This document shows, piece by piece, positions 1 to 12,595 of a stretch of DNA of 64,000 nt; position 1 is the stretch's first letter; every line of letters starts with the position of its first letter. This stretch comes from Epiperipatus broadwayi (lineage: Eukaryota > Animalia > Onychophora). A model generated the notes under the pieces. That model did not search any database, was not told the DNA's origin, and was given only the letters and a program-made list of their open reading frames with translations. The DNA lies in assembly GCA_028023455.1 (NCBI GenBank), contig JAQFVV010000008.1:11780001-11844000 (forward strand), in the 5' to 3' direction. Made by a program: the position numbers and the translations under genes.

Positions 1-1500
1 AGTTTAATTCTATGATTAATTTCATTCATTATGTTTTCATTTGTAGTAATAATATGACCAAGATATTTGTTAACTTCTTTTAACTCATCATTATCAATCT
101 TTTTTTGGAGAAAATCCATTGAACATTACTTTTAATCCCACTTTCTTACTTTTATCTGATAACTTTTGCAACATTTCCTGAAGCTCCAAAGCATTATTTG
201 CAAAAGTATCGACACAATCTGCAAAATCTAGATGACTTAAATAATCATTTACTTTTACTCCCTTAGATTCCCATTTTAATCCATAAAATACTTCTTACAG
301 AACTGCTGTAAAAAGTTTTGGAGATATGGAGTCACCCTATCATACATCCTTCTTAATGTTAATTTTTTTAGTATCATTATATAATCTTTGTTGCTGTTGC
401 ATTTTTATAAATATTGTTCAGAATATGACAATATACTGGATCTATACCTTAATGTTCTAAATGCCTTTTCATAATCTACAAATCCAAAGCAAAACGGCAA
501 CCCATATTCATTGGTCCTTTCTATAACTTCTCTCAGTACTTGGATATGACCCACTGTACTAAAACCACTTTTTAATCCAGTTTGATTTTTTGATTCACTG
601 TAGATGAGTTGTAATTATTTTGGTAAAAAATTTTTTATATAGAACTGATAAAAGACTGATAGGCCTGTAATTTCTAATATCTTCTTTATCACCGTTTTAA
701 AATAATATTAACAGTGCATTCTTCCAATCATTTGATATATCTTAATCATTCACACATTTGATAAACAATTTTGCCAAAATTTTTCTATTTCTTCACCTGC
801 TTCTTTTCAGATATTGATTATAATTCCACCATTAACTGGAGCTTTTCCTTTCTTCATAAATTTAATTGCATATCTCATCTCTTCATTTAAAATCCAGGGC
901 AATTCAGAAAATATAGTAGTTATAGGAGATACTTTTCCTTGTTCTTAATTGGTATATAAATCTTGATATAACTCTTCTATACATTTCATGATGCCAACTA
1001 TCTTTTTAGTAATAATTTTATATTTTTTTCTCATTGCAAAAATAACTTTCCTACCAATACTAAGATGTTGTTTTACACTCTTGAGACTTTCATTTTTTTC
1101 TATAACTTTCCTCGCTAGTTCACAATTCTACTTTCTACTTTCTTATATCATTATCAACTCTTTTTCATACCATTTTACAAAATTCAAGATATTCAATCCT
1201 TCTTAATGCATCATTTTTATGTATTTTCATATTTTATTGGCTAAGTGCTGCTTTTTTGTATCAGCTATCTTCTTATTGAATTTGTTCAAATCTGAATCAT
1301 GTTCAAAATTTGTTAATATTTGAAAACGATTTGCAAGTTCTAATTTAAATTCATTGGAATGTTTCTGAAGATTGGAAATATCAATCATGAATATTGTTTT
1401 TCTTAGTAATTTTTGCCTCTCTAGTTTTGCATTAACATGAATTTTACATCTCACTAATCGATGATCACATCAGTGGTGAATTACTATCTTGAAATACATA
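1..1500 (-). mobile_element. Decayed RTE-clade LINE (end of APE domain, linker, start of RT)
   Basis: Minus-strand DHRLVRCKIHVNAKLERQK-type motif and RT-start remnants (KEDIRNYRPISLLSV); many stops and frameshifts. Same family recurs at 39-42, 44-46 and 49-56 kb. Confidence 0.75.
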
Positions 1501-1559
1501 TTTTCTGTTAGTCAAAATACGATCTAAATCTGCTGTATCTTCATTTGGATGTTTCTAAA

Positions 1560-3075
1560 ATTATAAAACAATATTTATATTTTCGAAGAAAAGTTATTTC
1601 AATAATAAGAAGAAAAGATGGAACTATTAATAAAAGGAGGGTTGACATCATAAAATATGTAGAAGAATTCTAAAACAAATTACATATAATAATAGAAAAA
1701 AAAAATGTACTCTACAATTTCTACATCTTTTGAATCCCCAAGTATTTTAAATTATGAGATGAAATATGTAATTAAATCTATAAAAGGGAAACCTCCAGGA
1801 AATAATAGAAATATGATTGATATTTTAAAAAAAAGTAGATCAAGAAGTAAAACTGATAACAAAATTATATATTAAATGTCAAAATAAAATAAAAAAGTAT
1901 CAGATTATTGGAAGAATTCAAGACTAATATACCGATATTCAAGAAAGATAATAAAAATAAGTATTAGAAATTTCAGGCTTATCAGTCTTCTTTCATTATA
2001 CAAAATCTTTATTAAGATAATTACAACTCACCTACAGCAAACTCTGGATTCAAACCAACTAAAAGAACAAATTGGATTTAAGTGATTTTAGTATAGATCA
2101 CAAACAAGTACTGAGAGATGTTACAGAAAGATTCAATAAATATCAATTTCCAGATATGTTTTGGATTTATATATTACTAAAAAATATTTAATTCTATAAG
2201 TATTTCCACAATAATTAAAACTTTGGAACATCAAAATATAAACCCAGGATATTGTTGTATTCTGAAAAATATTTATCAAAATGCAATAGCAATTAGATTA
2301 CATGGAAATACTAAAACTAACTATGATATAGGTGTCAACAGGAATAATCCCATATCTTCAAAACTTTTTACAGTAATTTTAAGGGAGTAAAAGTGAGCAG
2401 AATTGATTCAAGTCATTGAGATTTTGCTAATAATGTAATTATTTCTGCAAATAATGCTTTAGATCTTCAGAAAATGTTGCACAAAAGTTATTAAATGGAA
2501 ATAAGAAAGTAGAACTAAAGATAAATATTAAAAAGACTAAAGTAATGCTCAATGAATTTTTCAAAAGAAAATAAATCCAAATACTTTTGATCAGATTATT
2601 AATACAAATGAAAACATAATGTATAAAATTATAATCCTAGAATTAAAGAGCATTTTGGTAGAAATATCTTAATTTTAAAAGGAAATAAGTCTATGACTTT
2701 GAAAGGAAAGTTTTTTTTAATTAAAAGATATGTTTTACTATGGGTCTCAAACATGAACACTTACAAAAGAGATTTCAGTCTACTCAATAAAGAATAGACA
2801 GACATGTTGGGAATAAAATGGAATAAAAATTAAAATACTTGTGTGAGAGAACAAACAGGTATCACTGACATCATTGAAAAAAATTAGAAACTCAAATGGA
2901 GCTGGGGTAGATGTGATGCTAAAGATGATGGTAATAGATAGACAGATGAAATCTTAAAATGAATCTCAAGAGATTGTAAAATACCTAGAAAGAGACTATA
3001 ACTGAGAAGAATGGTTGAAATAAAGAAATTTGTTAATGTAATGTGGAGAAAGTAAGTTACAGATCAGAGAAGTTG
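1560..3075 (+). mobile_element. Decayed RTE-clade LINE RT and C-terminal region
   Basis: Frameshifted RT remnants (NFRLISLLSLY, QQTLDSNQLKEQIG, HLRFAN) and LKWSWG motif; homologous to 55.3-56.6 kb. Confidence 0.7.
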
Positions 3076-6000
3076 GATTGAAAATGGATGACGAAATTAC
3101 AATTTTCTCAAAAAATAATAATAAAGAAGTTAAAGATTATGAACTAAATTATAAAATTATTCATCTTCCATTTACATTTGAATATACTCATCAAAATATA
3201 AACCAATATGATTTCTCTCACTTACTAATCAGATTGGTAAATCTTACCTTTGTGATGTTGCAATTAAAAAGCAATGCCTTATGAGTAATGGTCTAAATTG
3301 GCATGAGGATATAGAAAAAATGACAAAAGAGAATTAAAGAGGAAAATTAGCAAAATAGAAGGCTTTGAAAAAAGTTATTAAGAAGTAAGACTAGCAACTG
3401 CAATAAGAATCTCACAAAATTTTAAGCCCTCTGCTATGAAGAGGATTTTTACAATAAATTTAAATATTTTTACATATTATTATTTATTGCCATCATTTAC
3501 CTATGAAGAAGAGATGTAATTACAAAATCACTGCAATTTTTTGTTTAAAAAAAAACTATTTTTGAATATACAATGGAATACACTGTGTTATCTATTGAAA
3601 TTTTTATAAAACTTTAATTGTGAAACCATCTTCACCATTTAAAATAAAATAATCCATTCATAAGTAATTCTAAATTCTTTGTAAAACGAAAATCTCATTA
3701 GTTTGCGCAGTAAGTTGTTTATTTCTAGAAATTTTTTGACAATACTGCATAAAAAATATAAATTGCTTTGTGAATACAAAGATTGTTTTATTTATCTTGT
3801 CTTATTATATTTTTCAGATAGCACAGGTCTAGAAAATCACCAATGACAAATTTTAAAAATTTATTTTATTTATAAGGCAAATTGCAAATTGCTTGTATAT
3901 GGTATGATTAAAGTCAATATATAGAATAAAATTTAGAAAAGGTTAATTTTTACAAATAAAGATGAATAAATATAACTTGCATTAAAACACATAATTATGT
4001 AAATGCTATATTACAAATGAAATTAAAAACAGAAAGCAAAATGAAACATTATTAAGTTTCAGATAAACCAATTTATATATCTATAACAAAATACTTTCAT
4101 AATAAAAAGAAATAAATGATTTACTGTGCAAGAGAGTATTTTATATTTCATAATTTCTTGTGTTTTAAAATAGTAATTTAAGTACAATAAATACAAAGAT
4201 TATTTTAAAAACAAAATACATACAATCAACAATATTCACAATCCATTACATCTGCTGAAACATAAAAACATTTCATTTCAATGACTTACTTATTAGAATC
4301 AACAACAGTTTAAGGGGAAAATCTGACTTGATCCTTTTAATACTATTTAATAAAGAAAAATATCTGATTATTAAATAGGTCAACACAATTTCATTCATCC
4401 ATACTGAACCAGGTGGGAGAATGATCGCTATGATTATTTAAATTAAAAATATAAATAAAATAAAAAATCTCAATCTACTCCAGCTGCACTTTTAATATTA
4501 CAGCACCCTGGCCCAACAAGTGGAGAAGTCAAATACAGAAGATGAAGATCACCAACTGGACCTATAACCAAACCACATCTATAAAAATATAACCTGCAGC
4601 CACATTTCCAGGTTATAGAACTTCTCGCCTGCTAAATTTCAACCCTTCTGCCATCCAAATCATTTTATTTATGTCGAGGTAGCATGCCTGGACGTCAGGT
4701 AAAACACATTTAGCGCTTTACCCATTGCTAGCTCTTTGGTTATTTATTTATACGAAGGTAAATATAATAAGCCATTTAAGGCTTGCTCTTAATTACAAAT
4801 TATCTAGTGGTAATATACTTTATAAGAGAAACAACCAAACTATAATTAGCAAACAAACAATTTTATTTTAAATACTTTTAATTACTAAAAAGAAATGCAA
4901 TATATAAAAAAATATATATTAGTAGAAGAATATTACAATTGTTAGCATGCTTTTATAAATACATGACAATAAGAATAATATAATTAAATGATACATCTAC
5001 TTATGCACACATGCTAGGAAATATACACTGATTAGTTAAGGAAAGCTTTATACATGTTAATTAAATATATTATGAGAGATTAAATATATACGCACATACT
5101 AGAGTTCACTATACATGATATCTATAGGAGGCATTCAGAGTTTGCTATGGCTATTAACGTTCAATAAAGTCAAAATCAGTTTATGAATGGGAAATAAGCA
5201 AGTTCTTAATTACCTAGGATTTTTGCACTTATATTTCAGTAGTATGGCTCCTTGCGTTCATCTGCTGAATTGGTTACCAACTGGTTGGATTTTAGGCTTT
5301 CTAATGATTTTAGCTGTTGGCCGACTTCCTTCATTTATTGAGATAGACATCCTTGAGGGCTCAGATTATTACGTGGGCATGACTTCTAACCGGAGAACTT
5401 TTGGTGTTCTGGAATATTGGAGATTGGCTTCATACCCTGTGAACTGCTTAGCACCGCATGATATTAACTCATGAAACAAATATGTAAAACAAAATCAGAA
5501 ATCAAATTCCGAATGAAGATGAATAGATTTTCAGTCTTTTATATGATCCCTGTCATTGACTCCTTTATCATTCCGATTTAGTTTAATTAATGTGTATTTT
5601 TTTTATTTATTATATTTCCATTGTTTGCTTAATCTGCATACCTGCTTAGATTAATCTAGCCACTAGATAAGATATGGTTCTGAATTATTTCCCAGTGTTT
5701 TCGTTTACTACACTTATAGTTATTGTTCTCAGTCTTTTGCTTATTGGCCGAGCAATCTTTAAGTAAATTTAACTTTATATGCTTTTTTACATTTTAACCT
5801 AATTTCACTTTTACACATATGCATTTTTTTTTCTTTTAAATTTATGAAAAGAGAGAATTCTAGATTTACCTTTGCAATCTGGCTATCCAGATGCAAGTGT
5901 ATATTTGAAAATGCCAATCGCGGTGTCTGCAACATCTATATCAAATTACTCAAGCGGCTCAGGAACAGAAATAGATTGCTGGCTCTGGATTGGCTTTTCC

Positions 6001-7945
6001 ATGAAACCTGGGCTAAGGTCACCCTCCCGGAGGAGTAATGGAGGGCAATGGCCCCCAGTCTCGGACCACAGCAAGTTATACAGAGTGAATGCTTTGCAAC
6101 AGTGTAAAAAAAATATAGCTATGGAGAGATAAACATGTTCAATTGTATCTAATAAATTTTAATTTATTTAATAAAAAACAACTTTTACTTAGTTAAATTT
6201 CTCCTCCCTCTATCGCTCTTTAATTTGTAAAACTTTATAATAATAAAATGACGCAGCGCTTTGTCCTTTGGTGAACTGTGTTTTGTTTTATAAAAAAACT
6301 CTTCAAACTTCTCAATTACACTTCACTTTCTTAAACTTCTTTAAATTATATTTCTATTAAACTTTTAATAATTTCTTTTAACGAAATTACTTCAATCATT
6401 TATTGATAATAGTTCCATAGTATTTTTATTTAAAATTCTTTAATTTTTTATTTTTTATTATAAATCTTTAAGCTGCTTATAAATTATTTTTATTTTAATT
6501 TTTAATAAAAATTACAGACATGTAATGCTGTTCATTAGCGGTACAATACATATCATCTGGTATCATCACACAATCACAGGACTTTACACAAAACAAAAAA
6601 AGATTCACAATGATAAACATGATGGAATAGGTTTTTCCTTCGTAGGTTTTTTTTTGTTCACAAGCCAAATACTGGGATTTATTGTTAAAATATTAAGTGC
6701 TCTTTATACATAATTTGCAGACTGTAGCAAATTCAGAAGCAACAATCTTCACTTTGGAAAGTAAGTTAGTCTTAATTCCATTAAGAAGACATATTCTCTG
6801 ATAATCCTAAGTTATCCTTGCTACTACAGGAGTTTTAAAGCTGGAACTAGACTAAAAGATACCATCACAGTGTGAAGCAGCACTATATTAATACTAGGCT
6901 TATGAATGAAAATAAAGAGCCTTGAATAATGTACTAATTTTATATATTTTTAGTACATTCTAGGATTGTCTTTTAATAGTTTTATCAAAAAGATCTAGAA
7001 TTAGATAATGATGAATAATGATATGGTAAAAGAAAAAAGAAAACAATGGCAAACTGCCAAAAAAAATCCTGGAAAAAAAAAATACTAATGTAAAATTATT
7101 GAAGATATTACCACCAGGTTGGAAAACAATTTGTAAAGAGAAAGAATAAATAGTTATTTCTAATAAATGTAAAAAGTATAAAGATATCAAATCAAAGCCA
7201 TCAGGAAATTTGCTGATGAAACTTTATCAAAAGATGATTTCGGAACTTATCAATATGTGCTTCAATGTACATTAAACAAAAAAAAGTTGCAATGATATTT
7301 GTAAAAAAATATTATAATTCTGATGATAGGATAAAATTGTTATAAAAGAATAAACTCCATTTGAATTCAGAATATTCCAATTGAAATGACAATTGTTTAA
7401 ATAAATGCATCAACAACAGACTAATGAAAATAAAATAATGGAGTTTTACAAAAAATCTACTCAGTAAAAAAAACATAGTAAAAATAATATTTTTTTGTTA
7501 TTTGACGATTTCATTTCAAAAGATGAAAATGTGCCTATTATATATATAGTCAGAAAATATGATTTTAATAATTATATCAAAGCAAGAGAATATGTAATAA
7601 ATTATATTCAGAAATTCTTTATTGATTGTTACACATATTTTCACAAGCCCCAGTAGTGATTATACATTTGGATTTCCTTAAATAATACCATTTCCATTTA
7701 AGATTATAATCTATGTAATAACAAATAGAGAAGATGATTTATTGTGTGATAGTCATATCTGGTGTAGATTGTAGAAAAAATCAACAGTTCTTGATAGCAG
7801 ATATAAAATCTAGTGTTATTAAATTCTAGTTGTAACATGTACCTAATGATGATGGGAATAAAAGTTTAAAACAAATTTAGAAAAGTAAACTTGGAGAATC
7901 AAAGATTTTATGAATCATAAAAAAAATATATTGGTAACGAAGCAC

Positions 7946-7986
7946 AATCATCATCATCATCATCATCATAATAATAATAATAATAA
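7946..7986. repeat. (TCA)n(TAA)n microsatellite
   Basis: Direct read; flanks the CR1 3' end. Confidence 0.9.
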
Positions 7987-7999
7987 TTCAATTCATTTA

Positions 8000-9620
8000 T
8001 TTACCGTACAAAACTACAGCATAAAGCTGATTACAGTATTGCACCATAACAAATATATAAATACATAAATGAGTTTAAATGACAAATTATTAATATAATT
8101 ATGTGCCATATTTCAATAAAAGATAATTAACACATTTAAAAATCTAAAGTAAAATTAAATATCAGCATATAAACAATTATTATTAAGACATAAATAGTAA
8201 CAAATAAATAAAAGGGATAAATATAAAGCACATAACAAAATAAAAATAAAAATTTAATATATATATATAAACAAAATTAAGTTAAACCAATCAAATCTGA
8301 CATTTAAATTTAATAACATTACAGAATTGATTATAATCTAAATTGAAGTAATTAATATTGCTACAAATCTGATTATATAAAGATGGTAGCCTAAACAAAG
8401 GAGAAAATCTAAGAACATTGGAATGACAAGTTTTTAATGTAACAAACAGAAGCAGACCGAGTATCATGCACATGAGATCTAATTATAACAGCAGAAATTG
8501 TATTAGATAAAAGAACTATTTTATTAACAAGTTTATAAAGATATTTAATATCTCTATATTGTCTTCTACAAGAAAGATGAACAACAGTTTTATTTCCCAA
8601 AGAAACATATTTAGAAAACTTATTATACACTGATTGTAATAAATTACATCCCTGTTTAGAGCTAGGATTCCAAATGACTGAACAATATTCAATGATGGGA
8701 AGAATCAATGATAAAAATAATTTAAATTTTGTATCACCACTGAAATGATAACCAAACCTTAGAATAGTGCCTATAATTTTTAAAGCCTTACCAATAATCA
8801 TTTCCAAATGAGGAAGAAAGGATCCATTACTAGAAAATATAACTCCCAAATCTTTTTGGGATTCAACAGAAATAATTTTGTGAGAATTAATAAAATAAGA
8901 AAAATGCAAAACTTCAGATTTTTTAGAATACGAGACTAAGGAACATTTACTGAAATTAACAGTCATATTATTTAGATCACACCAAGCACTAAAATTATCT
9001 ATATCATTTTGAAGAAGAGTGCAATCAAACACAGATGTGATTCTTCTAAAGATTTTACAGTCATCTGCATAGCACAAAAGATAAGACGATTTTAAGCAAT
9101 CCTTAAGGTCATTCATATAAATGTTAAAAAGCATAGGTGCTAAAATACTACCCTGAGGAACCCCCAAATTACATTTAAAATTAGATGAAATAGTATTATT
9201 AAATTTAATGTATGCAGTACGACCATGAAGAAAGGATTGAAACCAATAAACAAGCTTAGTAGAAAAACCCATTTGATATAATTTGTGAAGAAAAATACTG
9301 TGGTCTACTTTATCAAAAGCTCTTGATAAATCAAAATAAACAACATCAAGTCTCTGCTGGTCTTCAATTGCATGAGTTATATGATCATAAATTGTTAACA
9401 AATTAGTTTCTACATATCTATTAGGTATAAAACCATGCTGTGAAGAAGAAATGAGTTTACTAACATCTAAAATAATTTTATTATAAACAGACCTCTCAAA
9501 AATTCTAGCAATAGTATGCAAAACAGAAATGGGTCTATAGTTATTAATACAATCACGTGATCCATTCTTAAAAATTGGGACCATTTTGGTACACTTAAGC
9601 ACATTAGGAAAAACACGAGT
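8000..9620 (-). mobile_element. 5'-truncated CR1/L2-type LINE with a long open RT frame (ORF 8409-9602)
   Basis: RT motifs NYRPIS, QHGF, DVVYFDLSRAFDKVDH, GVPQGSILAPMLF, YADD, DLGV. C-terminus continues after a frameshift (SPLFRLPSLYN, ORF 8291-8473). AT-rich 3' UTR ends in an aataaatgaattgaa tail. Confidence 0.9.
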
Positions 9621-9623
9621 TAA

Positions 9624-9641
9624 GTGATGATGATGATGATG

Positions 9642-9671
<30 letters not shown>
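9624..9671. repeat. (TGA)n(TAA)n microsatellite
   Basis: Direct read; flanks the CR1 5' truncation point. Confidence 0.9.
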
Positions 9672-9675
<4 letters not shown>

Positions 9676-9679
9676 CTTA

Positions 9680-10260
9680 AGAATGATATTCAAGCAATGA
9701 AAAAAATCAATTAAATATGTTTTCAGTAACAAACAAAGAGGCAAAATTACCCCATCTAAAGCAGAACATATTGATAATTAGATAAAACTCCTAAAATGGA
9801 AAAAAAAAATTTGCATAGAAAAATTAGAGATTACAAAAATTTCCAACCTCAACGCTGGGCTTTTAATAATGAAAGGCAAAGATTTATTTTCTGATGATGA
9901 AATTAAGAAGTATTAGATTAAATCATAGAAAATAAGAGGGCCTCTAATGGTAATTACTTTAATTGCGAACCAAAAGCTGAAAAAAAAAAGAGAAAAGCAC
10001 CAAGTCTGATTTAAAATGGAATAGTCTAAAAATTGAAAAAAAGTAATTTACAAAATGTTAAAGAAAAAAAAAATATTGATTATAGAATGACTGCTCTAAC
10101 TTCACATACTAACAATATATTGCTGAAAATAATTCAAAAGAAAATGAAATCCTATATAAAATGTAGAATGGCAATTGATCAAGCAGTTTTTACAAAAAAC
10201 CAAAGTACTTGGGATTATACAGTTGCAATATTATGACACTATGTTATTAGTTAAAAGTAA
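9680..10260 (+). mobile_element. RTE (BovB-like) RT fragment, decayed
   Basis: DYRMTALTSHTNNILLKIIQKKM...DQAVF resembles the RTE NYRTIALISHASKILLKII...QAGF motif. Confidence 0.6.
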
Positions 10261-10769
10261 AGATATTTTTGGATCTTATTTGGGTCACTTTTAAACATCT
10301 AAAAGACAAAAATTGTGTATATTTATAAGATAAAAAGAATTTCACATAAATAATGAAAAAATTATAGTGGGTGCCTTTGTCTTTCTAAGTTATAACATTT
10401 ACAAAATCCAGCACAAAATTATGATAAATAAAGGTTTCAATCAGACATCTCAATAAAGACAAAAGTGATAGTTATCCTTACCTTACTCTTCCTTATGTGG
10501 AAGTTAGATTAATATATGAATGAGAAAAAAAAAAAAGAAGACATACTATGGAACTGTGATGTTATAGAAAAAACTAATTGGACAGTGAAATGGTCCAATA
10601 AATTATTTACCAAAGAAATTAAATCTCAATGCTCATTGAACCAAAATATAAACAAACTGTCACATTACAGACCTGTTATGACAAGTAATAGTTGAATAAA
10701 AAAAAATGTTGATACTAGTTATGGTTGGAAAAAAAACAGTCATCTATTTATGACATGGGTAGAAGAAAA

Positions 10770-11453
10770 CAGTCAAAACTCACTATACGTATTGCCACTC
10801 ACTGCAAGCTAGAGTAATCAATGGATGCCAGAAGGCTAGTGCATGAAATCCCCATCTAGTGCCTACTCATCCTATATCCCCAGACTAGTTTCTGGCTTGT
10901 GGCCTTTGTCAGTGAGGAGTCTTGGATCTGAGAGCACAGCACCTAGATCTTAGGATCCAATACAACCCTCCAGTGGCCATCTTTTATCTCTACTTAACTA
11001 CAAAACTATGAGTCTTAAATTGAAAACACTTTAAAATTTTCAATCCAACCTCATTAGCTTATATAGTCATATAGGCCTGAACTCAGTTCAGTATCCATAC
11101 ATTTGGTTGTCTTTAGTTCTTTAATAACCATAGCCACCACTATCCTATTAGGCAGGATTGGTTTTAAACCAATAAACATCACATTATTACCATTTCTTAT
11201 GCTTGCTTATAACTGTTATTAAAACAGGCAAAACTCACTATATGTATTGCCACCCAATGCAAGCTAGAGTAATCAATGGATGCCAGAAGGCTTGTGCATA
11301 AAATCCCCATCTAGTGCCGATTCATCCTATATCCCTAGACTAGTTTCTGATTACTTTAGCTTGCACTGAATGGCAATACGTATAGTGAGTTTTGCCTGTT
11401 TCAATAACAGCTATAAGCAAGCATAAGAAATGGTGATCATGTGATGTTTATGG
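10770..11453. mobile_element. Hammerhead-bearing non-coding repeat (Penelope pLTR/retrozyme-like), copy with ~1.25 tandem units plus inverted arm
   Basis: Unit start aaaactcactata at 10775 and 11230 (455-bp period); inverted segment ~11350-11453; possible 9-bp TSD tagaagaaa. Homologous to 14761, 38130 and 47100/48990 copies. Confidence 0.75.
10877..10918 (-). ncRNA. Minimal type I hammerhead ribozyme motif (core variant CUGACAA)
   Basis: Minus strand reads TCCTCA-CTGACAA-AGGCCACAAGCCA-GAAA-CTAGTC-TGGGGA: stem I TCCTCA/TGGGGA, stem II GGC/GCC, palindromic stem III ACTAGT, GUC cleavage triplet. Confidence 0.7.
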
Positions 11454-11958
11454 ATAGAAGAAATAATAAAAGTCATAAAAATAAACCCACAAGCATTTCA
11501 TTATATTGTGAAAAACAGAATATTTGTTGGTGATGTAGTAATTTTGATAAAACCAACAGTGAACTCATGGGAAGAGATTAACAAGATGAATACTCAATAC
11601 CATTAAATGAGATGTTATTATTACTTTGCTGGAAAGAAAAATATTTAATGGCTAAGAAATCCCCCATCTCCAGCAAAAAAAAACCACACACACACATGCA
11701 AATAAATAGGTGGGCTGATAACTTACTTATCTTAAATTATCATAAAAACTGCAACAAAATATAATTGGATGATTAGAATAAATAAGTTACAGGTATGTTT
11801 AAATTCCACATCTTAGAGAATAATATGAACTCTGTTATATATATATAAATGTGAAATATAGAAAAACTTATCACTTACTCATTTTGGGCATAGAAACTCA
11901 AAATAATATTGAATAAAGAATTATTAAAAAAAAAAAAACGTGAAAACATATACAATTA

Positions 11959-12595
11959 TAGAAGTTTTATGTTGGACTATTTCCATCATCTAATATTAAA
12001 TAATGAATGACTTTATAAAATATTTTCATTTTATTTCAACTTTCCAAATACATTCAACAATTAGTAATAGCATACAGGTTAGTATATAACAGAAAGTTTT
12101 GAGTAGTATTATTGTCCTCTCTTGTTCAGGTGTTGCTGATCTGACCGAGGACAGTACTAGCATGAGAATCTAACTTGGATCTTTAGATTTGTGAATATTA
12201 AATTTTAAGGTAACTCCCTAACTAACTGAACTAGCATGGAATCAAACATGGACTTTTACATTCGTGAATATTAATTTGCTCAGTTGGTTACAGCATTATC
12301 TTAAAATTCAACATTCAAGAATCTAAAGGTCCGGGTTTGATTCCCAAAGTATTATTTCCAGATCAGCAGCTCAGTTATTTAAAGCTTTACCTTAAACCAC
12401 AATATTCAAGAATCTAAAGGTTCAGGTTTGATTCCCATGCTAGTACTGTCACTGGTCAGGTCAATAACACCTGAAATAGAATAATATCACTCAAAACATT
12501 GTCTATACTAACCTGTATGCTATCACTAATTTTTTTTTTAAAGATCATCAATATTTAATGTTTGATGATGGAAATAATCCAATACATAATTTCTA
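11959..12595. mobile_element. Foldback/MITE-like palindrome containing tRNA-like (A-box/B-box) units
   Basis: Imperfect long inverted arms (11959-12240 vs 12280-12595). Internal units read GCTCAGTTGGTTACAGC...AAGGTCCGGGTTTGATTCCC. Confidence 0.65.

Noticed and set aside
12279-12436. tRNA genes
   Set aside because: A/B boxes are present but acceptor and anticodon stems do not close; treated as tRNA-derived repeat units.
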